Assembly (NCBI GenBank): GCA_965203325.1
Contig: OZ241875.1
Location: 4,320,001-4,384,000 of the forward strand
Length of the DNA: 64,000 nt
Direction of reading: 5' to 3'
Source of the DNA: a bacterium
GTDB lineage: Bacteria > UBA8248
Part shown: positions 48,923 through 57,872 of the stretch, piece by piece
How positions within the stretch are numbered: position 1 is the first letter of the stretch
Layout: each line of letters starts with the position of its first letter
Notes under the pieces: model-generated
Seen by the model: the letters and a program-made list of their open reading frames with translations, nothing else
The model's database searches: none
What the model was told of the DNA's origin: nothing
Position numbers and translations under genes: made by a program

Positions 48923-48960
48923 AAGGAAGGGGCGCATATATGCGCCCCCTACAATTCCTT
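48923..48960. repeat. REP-like hairpin between convergent genes
   Basis: aaggaa-ggggcgcatatatgcgcccc-ctac-aa-ttcctt. Confidence 0.65.
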
Positions 48961-48980
48961 CCGATTGGATTTGTTTCCCC

Positions 48981-49643
48981 CTACTCACCCCCATCCTGAA
49001 ACGCGATGCGCTCGCCGGGAGGTTCCACGACGAGGTGAAGCGCCTCGGCCACGCGGCCGGTCAGGTTCCACAGCCCGCATATGAGAGTCAGGGAGACGAG
49101 CTGTTCGGTGGAGAAATGTTTTTTCATGGCCTCGAACGCCGCGTCGTTATTCTTCGCCGTCAGGTTCGTGACTTCTTCTGCCCAGTTGATAGCGGATTTT
49201 TCCTTCTCGTTAAAGAGGTCGTTTTCGCGCCAGCCGTCGCCCTCCAGCAGATTGATTTTTTCCTGCGAGATGCCATGAGCCCGACCGAGCTCGACGTTGT
49301 GCCCGAGTCAGTTGTTGCATTCGGTCAAGATGGCCGTCTTGATGATGACGAGCTGGGCCATGTGGATGTATTCGGGGTCGGTGTCCCGGTGCTGGACCCG
49401 GAGCTTTCCGTCCATGATCTGCCAGCCCTCGACGAAGCCGGGCGCCCAGCCAAGCAGGCGCAGGAAGCGCGACACCTTGCCCCAGCGCTTTACGCCGCGC
49501 TCATAGAGGGGCGCCAACTCTTCGGCCAGGTGTTCGGGGATGTCGTCGGGGTCGATGAGCGGCACGCGGGGGAGGGGGCAGGCCATCATCTCCTCGGTGA
49601 CGCCCATATCCTGAGAGAGGCCCGTGGCTTCGTTTATCGGCAT
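48981..49643 (-). CDS. AhpD/carboxymuconolactone decarboxylase family protein with in-frame TGA (CxxU), probable selenoprotein, 220 aa
   Basis: Frame continues through TGA 49308-49310: ...AILTECNN-U-LGHNVELGRAHGISQEKINLL...FNEKEKSAINWAEEVT...KHFSTEQLVSLTLICGLWNLTGRVAEALHL..GE*. Hairpin right after the TGA. Confidence 0.82.
49272..49295 (-). promoter_or_regulatory. Candidate bacterial SECIS element
   Basis: mRNA GUC-GAGCUC-GGUC-GGGCUC-AU-GGC. The G-starting apical loop begins 21 nt after UGA. Confidence 0.65.
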
Positions 49644-49741
49644 GGCGAAATCCTTTTCTGGTAATGCGTGAACGGTTAAGAGCGAGAGGCCATTCTGGCG
49701 TAATGCTGGGGGTGGGATCAATGGGGGAGGAGTCTATTTAT

Positions 49742-49788
49742 GTAGGGACAGGTCGCGACCTTTGGACGGACACTCAGGTCCGCCCCTA
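49742..49788. repeat. Degenerate GTAG-type REP-like doublet
   Basis: gtagggacaggtcgcgacct ... ggacggacactcaggtccgccccta. Confidence 0.55.
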
Positions 49789-49820
49789 ACTACCAGTTAT
49801 CAATAGTTTGTGCGTTCCGC

Positions 49821-50165
49821 TCACCTGATGACGGACGAGCTTTCTCTGCTTGCGAAGGGGAGGTAGTGGCACGGAATGCAATCGGTGGCCTGGGAGTATG
49901 ATTCGCGCTTGAAGTGAGCAGGCGTCAACCATGGATCGCGCGGACCCGCCTTGCCGGGTTGTTCGGGCCTGGCGCGCATGTCGAGCGAATCGAAGGCGGT
50001 CATGATGGCGATCAAGCGCTGCGCGGTCGGCTCTTTCAACGTGTGCTTGCTTGCCTCGGCACCGGGGATGGGGCGGTTCCCTGTGAGAAATGAGGTTAGG
50101 GGAATGAGGACTCCACCGAGCCACGCGAAGATGAGAAAGAATGTGAGGGGTAAGAGTTTTTTCAT
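49821..50165 (-). CDS. Hypothetical exported/membrane protein with a single CxxCH motif
   Basis: MKKLL + hydrophobic N-terminus; DCIPCHY near the C-terminus; GGGAG RBS. Confidence 0.55.
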   Translation of the reverse strand: MKKLLPLTFFLIFAWLGGVLIPLTSFLTGNRPIPGAEASKHTLKEPTAQRLIAIMTAFDSLDMRARPEQPGKAGPRDPWLTPAHFKRESYSQATDCIPCHYLPFASRESSSVIR

Positions 50166-50295
50166 GGCGTGTTCTCCCGCGTTTGCGGCCATCTACGCCA
50201 TGTCTTTGTCAGCGGCCAGGAAGAAGAAGGCCGCCTATGTGATCCAATATGGTTCCCGCCGCGACTTCGCGCAAGGCGTCAATTGCGATTGAGGA

Positions 50296-50571
50296 GGGGT
50301 TGTTGAAAAAGCTATCCTATAGGGCCTGTGGCACACATTCGCTGCCCTTGCCCATAATACCTTCCTCATCCCGAGTAGGCGCGCTTGCGCGCCATATCGA
50401 GGGAGCGCCCTTCGACAGGCTCAGGACAGGCCCTTCGATACGCCGCCTTCGGCGGCTACTCAGGGTGAGGCAGATACGGTGACCATGTAAGACGAGGGTC
50501 AAACCCTTGATCTTGACGCCCGTGATTCGTTTTAGCCGTCATTCCGGCATTGCAAGTCTTTTTCAACAGCC
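50296..50571. mobile_element. Second MITE-like element related to 46985-47337
   Basis: TIRs ggggttgttgaaaaag / ctttttcaacagccc; shared subterminal cgtcattccggc. 50430-50470 is the exact reverse complement of 47088-47128. Confidence 0.7.
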
Positions 50572-50677
50572 CGAGAAGGGAGCGATTGTTCCGAACAGCT
50601 CAGGTTCATGAATAATCAGCGGACGTGCAGGCTCACCCCTGCGCACTGTAAGATGTGCGCGAGGAGGCGACGGCGAA

Positions 50678-51145
50678 ATGTACGAATTCATCATCGCGCA
50701 GAGCAAAGAGGATTACCGCGAGGCGAGGGTTTTGCTGCGCGAGTACGAGGCCGCGAGCGAGGTGGACCTCTGCTTTCAGGGTTTCGAGGAGGAAGTTGAG
50801 ACTCTGGAGCGGATGTACGGCCCGCCGGGGGGGAGGTTTCTCCTGGTGCGTGCAGGAGACGCCATAGCGGGCGGCGTCGCGCTTCGGGATTTGGGCGGCG
50901 GAATCTGCGAGATGAAGCGGCTTTATCTAAGGCCCGGTTTCAGGGGGCGCGGCCTGGGGAAAAGGTGTGCGGAGCGAATCGTCGACGAGGCGCGGGCGAT
51001 GGGCTACGCCGTGATGCGCCTCGATACGCTTCCCACGATGCAAGAAGCCATCGCCCTTTACCCTTCGATGGGTTTCGCGGAGATAGACCCGTATATTGAG
51101 AACCCCGTTCCGGGCGCGCTCTTCATGGAGTTGGCGTTGGGGTAG
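50678..51145 (+). CDS. GNAT family N-acetyltransferase
   Basis: CEMKRLYLRPGFRGRGLG, MRLDTLPTM.EAIALY..MGF. Confidence 0.92.
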   Translation: MYEFIIAQSKEDYREARVLLREYEAASEVDLCFQGFEEEVETLERMYGPPGGRFLLVRAGDAIAGGVALRDLGGGICEMKRLYLRPGFRGRGLGKRCAERIVDEARAMGYAVMRLDTLPTMQEAIALYPSMGFAEIDPYIENPVPGALFMELALG

Positions 51146-51166
51146 GGTTCCAGCCGTGGAAATAGC

Positions 51167-51309
51167 GTAGGGACAGGTCCCCGCGCCTGTCCTGACGGAG
51201 GACAACCACAGGGGGTTGTCCCTACGGTTCCCCACACCTCCGGGTGGGCTTGACGCCGGAATGATGATCAAAGGCGAAAAGCAGGGCGGACACAGGGGTC
51301 CGCCCCGAC
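51167..51309. repeat. Cluster of GTAG-type REP-like palindromes
   Basis: gtagggacagg-tccccgcg-cctgtcc; ggacaacc-acagg-gggttgtccctac; gggcggacacaggggtccgccccgac. Confidence 0.7.
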
Positions 51310-51343
51310 AGCAACGAGCCTTGCCTTTTTGATTGGAACCCCG

Positions 51344-51754
51344 CTACACGCCCAGCGCTCTCCTGGCCTTGCCGTGATCCTTGGGATTCACCCAGAAGAT
51401 GGCGCCGTAGCGCTTTCTGCCCGCGGCGATGGCCGTGATGGCGGTGATGTTGATGCCGGCGTCACCGAGCTTGGTGAAAATCGGCAGCAGCGCTCCCGTG
51501 CGGTCCGTGCCCTCGACGAGGAAAGCCTTTTTCCGCGGGCTGAGCTTGATCTTCGCCTTGCGCGCGAAGGAGGTGAAGGCGCGTGCGTCCTCGGGCACGA
51601 TGTCGACCTGAACGCGCCTGCGCTCGGGGAATGCGTGCACCGCCAGCAGGCTGACGCCGGCATCCTTCAACATGGAGGCGAGGGCGGCGCCCTCTCCCGG
51701 TTTGTTGGAAGCGGTCATGTAATAGTAGGGTACTTCACGAACTGTCTCGGCCAT
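51344..51754 (-). CDS. ACT-domain-like hypothetical protein
   Basis: NKPGEGA..LKDAGVSL and DRTGAL...KLGDAGINI duplicated ACT pattern. Confidence 0.75.
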   Translation of the reverse strand: MAETVREVPYYYMTASNKPGEGAALASMLKDAGVSLLAVHAFPERRRVQVDIVPEDARAFTSFARKAKIKLSPRKKAFLVEGTDRTGALLPIFTKLGDAGINITAITAIAAGRKRYGAIFWVNPKDHGKARRALGV

Positions 51755-52401
51755 TGCCTGTCTCCTGATTGACCCGGCGTCGCGGGGGGCGGTTATTCTC
51801 GAATCATGGGCCGCAACTAAGCGCGCGCCTCAATATAAATAATCATACAACACGAGGCGAGGGCAGGGAAACGGGAGAAATCCCGAGCGAGGAGGGAGGA
51901 TCGTGTTGATCAATGCGGCGTGATTGTTCCGCCCTGGAAGCAGGGAAACACCGCTTCGCAATATCTCCGAAAACGGGAGCTCTCGCTCATCGGTCGAAGC
52001 GAATCTCACGCGCCGTCCATGCGCTTCGAAAGATGGGAAATGCACTCGTCCATGGGCACCGCTATCTCGCGCGCATTTCCCCGCATTTGCCGTCGGCGGT
52101 ATTCCGTCGGGATGGGCGAGAATCCCTCACGCGACAGCGCGTGTTCTCATGGACGAGGGCAGGGGGAGAAAATGGAAGGGCGATTGGGCATCGGATCGGA
52201 ACCGCAGCTACTTTTTGAGCCACGGCGAATTTCTTCTCCGCGGCCCAGTGAACCGCTATCGAACCCGGATAGTGGCCCTCTGGGAATTCCTGAAAATATC
52301 GATAAAATCCGATAAATTCACGGGGTTTTTCGATAAATAACTGAAAATATAAATTGGTTTAATAAATTGTCATAACCTACTGATATATAAGTTAATTTAG
52401 C

Positions 52402-53661
52402 TCAGGCGGGCATGACTTTCGGGTGCTCGAGCATCTCCTTGAGGGTAGAAAGGAACTCGGCCGCCGGCGCGCCGTCCACCACGCGGTGGTCGGCGTTGAT
52501 GCCGATGAAGGCCGTGGTCCTGGCCACGACCTCGCCGTTTCGAACCACGGCGCGCTCTCGCGCCGCCCCCACCGAGAGGATGGCGGATTCGGGGTGGTTG
52601 ATGATGGCGCTGAAATGGTCGACCCCGTAAGCCCCCAAATTCGAGACCGTGAAGGTGCCGCCCTCGAGCGCATCCAGGCCTAAAGCGCCCGCGCGGGCCG
52701 CATCGGCCAGCGCTCGCGACTCGCGCGAGATGGCGTCGATGGATTTCTGGTCGGCGCCTCTGATGACGGGCACCATCAGCCCCTGATCGACCGCTACGGC
52801 TACCCCGATGTTCACGTCCTGCATCTGCTCCAGGGCGTCTTCGGTGAGGCGAACGTTCACGGCCGGGCAGCGGCGCACGGCGCGGGCGGTGTAGAAGAGA
52901 ATGAGGTCGTTGATAGATACCTTGACGCCGAGGTCGTTTTCCCACGCCTGGCGGCTGGCTTCCCGCACGGCAAGGAGGTTGGTGAGGTCCACCTCGGCCT
53001 GCATGGTGATGCGCGGCACCTGGGACCAACTGGAAAGCATGCGCTCGGCGATAATTTTCCGCATTCCGGCCAGGGACGTGGAACCCGCCACGGCCGCGGG
53101 GCCGCTCGCGGCGGCCGTTACGGCGGCAGGAGTGCCCGATGCCGCAGCCGCTCTCACGTCGGCCTGCACGATTCTCCCGCCCGGGCCCGAGCCTTTGATA
53201 GCTCGGTAATCAATTCCGAGTTCGCGGGCCACGCGCCTGGCGGCTGGACTGGCGAAAACTCGGCCTTCAGGCGCCGGCTGAGCAGGGGCAGGGGCAACCG
53301 GAGCAGGTGTTGGCGCCGGGGCGGGTGGTGGTGCCGGGGGCGTGGACGCATCTGCCGCCGCAGGTTCGGTCGCCGCCACGGGAGCCTTGGCCGGCGCACT
53401 TCCGAAACTGCTGATGTCCTCTCCCGCCTCGCCGATGACGGCGATATCCGTGCCGCAGGGGATGACGTCTCCCTCTCCCGCCAGCGTTTTTAGCAGGAGA
53501 CCGCCATCCGGCGATTCGACCTCGTATTCGACCTTGTCGGTCTGGATGTCGAGGATGATCTCGCCCTTTTCGACCGCTTCACCCTCACCCTTGCGCCACT
53601 TGAGGATTGTTCCTTCTTCCATGGTAAGGCCGAGTTTGGGCATCGGGAGAGGGGTGGCCAT
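52402..53661 (-). CDS. Dihydrolipoamide acyltransferase (E2) of a pyruvate/acetoin-type dehydrogenase
   Basis: Lipoyl TDKV, Pro/Ala linker, ASPAARR, DHRVVDG. Confidence 0.95.
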   Translation of the reverse strand: MATPLPMPKLGLTMEEGTILKWRKGEGEAVEKGEIILDIQTDKVEYEVESPDGGLLLKTLAGEGDVIPCGTDIAVIGEAGEDISSFGSAPAKAPVAATEPAAADASTPPAPPPAPAPTPAPVAPAPAQPAPEGRVFASPAARRVARELGIDYRAIKGSGPGGRIVQADVRAAAASGTPAAVTAAASGPAAVAGSTSLAGMRKIIAERMLSSWSQVPRITMQAEVDLTNLLAVREASRQAWENDLGVKVSINDLILFYTARAVRRCPAVNVRLTEDALEQMQDVNIGVAVAVDQGLMVPVIRGADQKSIDAISRESRALADAARAGALGLDALEGGTFTVSNLGAYGVDHFSAIINHPESAILSVGAARERAVVRNGEVVARTTAFIGINADHRVVDGAPAAEFLSTLKEMLEHPKVMPA

Positions 53662-53696
53662 GAATCTGTGCTCCTACTATTGAATAAGCGTTGAAG

Positions 53697-54677
53697 TTAT
53701 ACCGTCTCTAACATACCACGAACACCGGCGATTACGTCATCTTTGTCGGGAATGACATAGGATTCGAGTTTGGGCGAAAAGGGCACTGGTGTTTCCTTGG
53801 CGCAGACGCGTTCAATGGGTGCATCCAGGTAATCAAAAGCGTCTTTTGCGGCCAGGGCGGCAATTTCCGCTCCCCAACCGCAACGCTGCACCGCCTCATG
53901 GGTGATGAGGAGCCTGCCCGTCTTGCGTACAGAAGCGAGAATCGTCTCCGTGTCCAGCGGGAAAAGCGTTCTGGGGTCGATGATCTCGCAACTTACGCCC
54001 TCTTTTTCAAGTTCCTCCGCCGCGTCGAGCGATTTTCCGACCATCGAGGAAGTGGCGACAATAGTGAGGTCGCTCCCCTCTCTTTTCACTTCGGCGACAC
54101 CGATGGGGATGACTTCTTCCTCCTCGGGGACGGCGCCTTTTGCCAGATATAGAAGTTTGTGCTCGATAAAAAATACAGGATCATCATCCCGTATGGACGC
54201 TTTCAAGAGGCCTTTGGCGTCACGCGCACTGGAGGGCATGACTACCTTGAGACCCGGCACGTGAACGAACCATGCTTCCAGGCTTTGCGCATGCTGGGCG
54301 GCGGAACTGCGTCCCGCACCGCCCTGGGTTCTGATGACGAGCGAGGTATTCGCCTTGCCGCCAAACATGTAACGGACCTTAGCGACCTGGTTGACGATTT
54401 GATCCATAGCGACGGCGGAAAAATCGATATACATTAACTCCGCCACGGGCCGCATGCCAACGAGTGCCGCCCCCAGGGTAGCGCCTATGATGCCCTGCTC
54501 GGATATAGGTGTGTTCCTGACCCGCTCAGCGCCGTATTTATCCAGTAGCCCCACGGTCGTCTTGTATGACCCGCCGAACTCCGCGATGTCCTCTCCCAGC
54601 AGAAAAACCGAGTCATCCCTCGCCATTTCCTCATCCAGGGCCTCGATAATTGCTTCTCGGTATAAAATCTCGCGCAT
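53697..54677 (-). CDS. 2-oxoacid/acetoin dehydrogenase E1 beta subunit
   Basis: GEDI, NTPISE, DQIVNQ.AK.RYMFGG, AQHAQSLE. Confidence 0.95.
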   Translation of the reverse strand: MREILYREAIIEALDEEMARDDSVFLLGEDIAEFGGSYKTTVGLLDKYGAERVRNTPISEQGIIGATLGAALVGMRPVAELMYIDFSAVAMDQIVNQVAKVRYMFGGKANTSLVIRTQGGAGRSSAAQHAQSLEAWFVHVPGLKVVMPSSARDAKGLLKASIRDDDPVFFIEHKLLYLAKGAVPEEEEVIPIGVAEVKREGSDLTIVATSSMVGKSLDAAEELEKEGVSCEIIDPRTLFPLDTETILASVRKTGRLLITHEAVQRCGWGAEIAALAAKDAFDYLDAPIERVCAKETPVPFSPKLESYVIPDKDDVIAGVRGMLETV

Positions 54678-54688
54678 TTCCCTTTCCC

Positions 54689-55660
54689 TTATACGGTCGC
54701 GTAGATATCCGTCATGGCGTCGTCAAGCTCGGGTTCCGGGCTTTTCCGGGCGAATTCGATGGCTTCTTCCATCTCTTTGTTCACGTTCGAATAGATGGCG
54801 TCGATACTTTTTTTGCTCAACCATTTTTTCTTCTCGAATGTTTTGGCGAAAGTAATCAGCGGGTCGCGCTTGAGCCACTTGCCCACCTCTTTGTCGTGGC
54901 CGTAAGCGGTGCCGGGATCACCCACGTAATGGCCTAGAAAGCGCATTGTTTTCGCTTCGATCAGCGTGGGACCTCGTCCTTTGCGGGCGTGCTCAATCGC
55001 TTCGCCGGCCACTTCGAAAACGGCTTGGGGGTCCATGCCATCGACGACGATTCCAGGGATTCCATAAGCCTTGGACCGATCGGCAATGTCCTGTACCGCC
55101 TGATGTGTAGCGCGAGGCGTGCTTTCCGCAAATCCGTTGTTCTCGCAAACAAATACAGCTGGCAGCTTCCAGGTGGCGGCGATGTTGATGCCCTCATGGA
55201 AAGCACCTTCATTGCTGGCCCCATCGCCGAAAAAACTCACGACGATGTGTTTTTCTCCCTTTAGCTTGAGCCCCAAGGCGGCGCCGGCGGCGATTGGAAT
55301 GCCCCCGCCCACGATGCCATTCGCCCCTAAAGCCCCAAGGTCCTGATCGGCGATATGCATGGAGCCTCCTTTTCCTTTGCAATAACCAGTCGCGCGAGCG
55401 TATAACTCGGCGAACATGCCCTTGTAGTGGAGACCCTTGGCGATCATGTGTCCATGGCCACGGTGTGTGGATGTGATTTGGTCTTTCGGGCTCAAGTGAG
55501 CACATACCCCGGCGGCGACGGCTTCTTCGCCAATGTAAGCGTGGAGAAAACCCGGCAATTCCCCTGCCTGGAATAGTTCAATAGAACGCTCCTCGAACCG
55601 TCGAATGCGGACCATCGTTTCGTAAATCCACAGGGCTTTGGCTTTTGTCAATCGAATCAC
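54689..55660 (-). CDS. TPP-dependent dehydrogenase E1 alpha subunit (AcoA/PdhA-like)
   Basis: GEEA, STHRGHGH, GKGGSMH, FFGDGASNEG, ENN. Confidence 0.95.
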   Translation of the reverse strand: MIRLTKAKALWIYETMVRIRRFEERSIELFQAGELPGFLHAYIGEEAVAAGVCAHLSPKDQITSTHRGHGHMIAKGLHYKGMFAELYARATGYCKGKGGSMHIADQDLGALGANGIVGGGIPIAAGAALGLKLKGEKHIVVSFFGDGASNEGAFHEGINIAATWKLPAVFVCENNGFAESTPRATHQAVQDIADRSKAYGIPGIVVDGMDPQAVFEVAGEAIEHARKGRGPTLIEAKTMRFLGHYVGDPGTAYGHDKEVGKWLKRDPLITFAKTFEKKKWLSKKSIDAIYSNVNKEMEEAIEFARKSPEPELDDAMTDIYATV

Positions 55661-55926
55661 GGATTTACCTCTTTGTTGATGATTACGCCACAATCAGGAT
55701 GCGACTCAATTATTGGGCAAGGATGCCTGCGGTCGCTATTCGAGAAAACCGTATAGCCGATTCACCGTTCGCTTTATTCCAAGACATTACATCCGCTCAA
55801 TTCGGCAGAATTTAACATGCCCCCATATTTTCGAGCAAGAAAGACCTCATGTCTTGGAAGGAAGCTAATACACTTGCGCTTTGCCTTAATGGCGATTAAA
55901 GTATCGGTGATTTTGACTGTTGAGCA

Positions 55927-55954
55927 AGTGGGTCAATTGATGGCCCATTTTTTT
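55927..55954 (+). promoter_or_regulatory. rimP-leader terminator-like hairpin
   Basis: agtgggtca-attga-tggcccatt + T tract just upstream of rimP. Confidence 0.55.
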
Positions 55955-55976
55955 ATTCAATCTCAGAATAGAGTTT

Positions 55977-56474
55977 ATGGCGACAACAGATGTTGATGAT
56001 CAAATATGGGCCCTTACCCAAGAGGTAGTTTCCGACCTTGGGTATGAATTGGTTGACATTGAGCTGACCGGTAATCGTAGCCGGCAAGTGATTCGGGTAT
56101 ATATTGAAAAGCCAGAAGGTATACTTCTCGCTGATTGTGTAGCCGTCAGCCGAAAACTCGGAGAACGTCTCGATGAGGAGGACGTCATTGAAAATTCTTA
56201 TCGTCTTGAAATATCAAGTCCTGGCATCGAGAGGCCTCTACGAAAAATCCAGGATTATGAACGTTATGTCGGACACCAAGTCCGGATACGCCTTAAGGGC
56301 AGGCTGAAGGGGAAAAGGAAAATTGCAGGTAAGTTGGACGAGGTTGAGGATAATATTGTCCGTATAATTTCACAGCATGGAGAGAAGGTTTCATTTTCTC
56401 TGGCCGATATCGCAAAAGCGAACTTGGATGTGGATTGGGATAAGGAATTTCAGGGCCCGAGGAGCACAAAATAG
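55977..56474 (+). CDS. rimP: Ribosome maturation factor RimP
   Basis: GYELVDIE, RVYIEK..GI...DC, Y.LEISSPGIERPL; precedes nusA. Confidence 0.95.
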   Translation: MATTDVDDQIWALTQEVVSDLGYELVDIELTGNRSRQVIRVYIEKPEGILLADCVAVSRKLGERLDEEDVIENSYRLEISSPGIERPLRKIQDYERYVGHQVRIRLKGRLKGKRKIAGKLDEVEDNIVRIISQHGEKVSFSLADIAKANLDVDWDKEFQGPRSTK

Positions 56475-56507
56475 TTTCAACTCAATCCATCATAGAGGAG
56501 TAGTTTA

Positions 56508-57857
56508 GTGAGTCAAGAATTAATTGCTGTCCTGACACAATTGGAACGAGAACGGGGCGTATCCAAAGAAGTGTTACTCGACACACTAAAAGTCGCGATG
56601 GCATCGGCTGCGAAGAAGCAATACGGTTTGGGTAAAAATGTAGACGTATCTTTTGATGAACAAACCGGTGAAATTGACGTCAAAGCAGCGAAAGAAGTCG
56701 TCAGGATCATTCAGAACCCCCAGAGTGAAATCCTTTTAGATGAGGCGCGCAAGGCAAACCCTGACATTCAGGTTGGAGATTTTCTTTCACAGGGTGTCGA
56801 AACAGAGGGGTTGGGCAGGATTGCCGCTCAAATCGCGAAACAGGTGATATTGCAGCGAGTAAGAGAGGCAGAGCGTGCGAATATTTACCAAGAATTCAAG
56901 GAACGTGAAGGTGATTTGATTACAGGGTCAGTCTCCCAAGTGGAACGCGGGAATATCTATGTAGATATTGGCCGAACTGAGGCGATCCTCCCTCGGCGGG
57001 AGCAAATATTCAGAGAGGTATATAAACGTGGAGACCGTATCCGCGCCTATATAATGGAAGTGCGCGAAATAACAAAGGGTCCTCAAATCGTTCTCAGTAG
57101 AACACATCCTGGATTGCTGATTCGTCTATTTGAAATGGAAGTGCCCGAAATTTATGACGGGATAGTGGCTATAAAAGGTTGCGTCCGAGAGCCTAGCGGA
57201 CGTTCCAAAGTATCCGTCGTAAGTCATGAGCGAGACATTGATCCCGTAGGCGCATGCGTAGGGACACGGGGCAGCCGCGTGCAATCGATTGTTCAAGAGC
57301 TAAGAGGAGAGAAGATTGATATCATCTCGTGGAGTGACGATATACGCACCTATGCGGCGAATGCGCTCAGCCCCGCGAAAATTCAGCACATTACTTTATT
57401 TGAAGAAGAAGGCAGAATGGAGGTGTTGGTGCCTGACGACCAGCTTTCCCTGGCGATTGGGAAAGGCGGCCAAAATGTTCGCTTGGCGGCAAAACTCCTG
57501 GGCTGGAAAATCGATCTGAAAGGCGAGGGGGAGTATCGACGCATTATCGCCGAACAGGCATTTTCCAGCGATGAGCGAGAAGAGAACGGTGCTGGTGTGG
57601 AGGAGCAAGACGAGAGCATTCAGCCTGCTGAGGTCGATGGAGGCTCTTCCGGTGAATTAGTAGAGCTAGAGCTTGTCGGCGAGAAAATGGCGCGGCTTTT
57701 AGCAGACAACGGTTTTTCTACAATTTCGGCGATTAGCGCCGCTTCGACGGATGAATTGTGTGAGGTTCCAGGAATTGGGCCGAAGAGAGCCGAACTGCTG
57801 ATTGAAGCTGCCCGAGCTCATGAAAAAGCAACCGGATCGGAGCTTCCTGAGTCATGA
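56508..57857 (+). CDS. nusA: Transcription termination/antitermination factor NusA
   Basis: GRIAAQIAKQVI, EVPEIYDG, DPVGACVG.RGSR, SLAIGKGGQNVRLA. Confidence 0.97.
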   Translation: MSQELIAVLTQLERERGVSKEVLLDTLKVAMASAAKKQYGLGKNVDVSFDEQTGEIDVKAAKEVVRIIQNPQSEILLDEARKANPDIQVGDFLSQGVETEGLGRIAAQIAKQVILQRVREAERANIYQEFKEREGDLITGSVSQVERGNIYVDIGRTEAILPRREQIFREVYKRGDRIRAYIMEVREITKGPQIVLSRTHPGLLIRLFEMEVPEIYDGIVAIKGCVREPSGRSKVSVVSHERDIDPVGACVGTRGSRVQSIVQELRGEKIDIISWSDDIRTYAANALSPAKIQHITLFEEEGRMEVLVPDDQLSLAIGKGGQNVRLAAKLLGWKIDLKGEGEYRRIIAEQAFSSDEREENGAGVEEQDESIQPAEVDGGSSGELVELELVGEKMARLLADNGFSTISAISAASTDELCEVPGIGPKRAELLIEAARAHEKATGSELPES

Positions 57858-57872
57858 TGAAGGAATGACGGT

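Noticed and set aside
49035..49664. 209-aa plus-strand ORF
   Set aside because: Antisense shadow of the AhpD-like gene, with no recognisable motifs.
49308..49721. 137-aa ORF as a complete gene or nonsense pseudogene
   Set aside because: The TGA falls at the redox Cys position, the frame stays family-like afterwards, and a SECIS-like hairpin follows, so Sec readthrough fits better.
52127..52150. ATG...TGA in frame with the 51830-52045 ORF as a second selenoprotein
   Set aside because: No redox motif or recognisable family on either side of the TGA.
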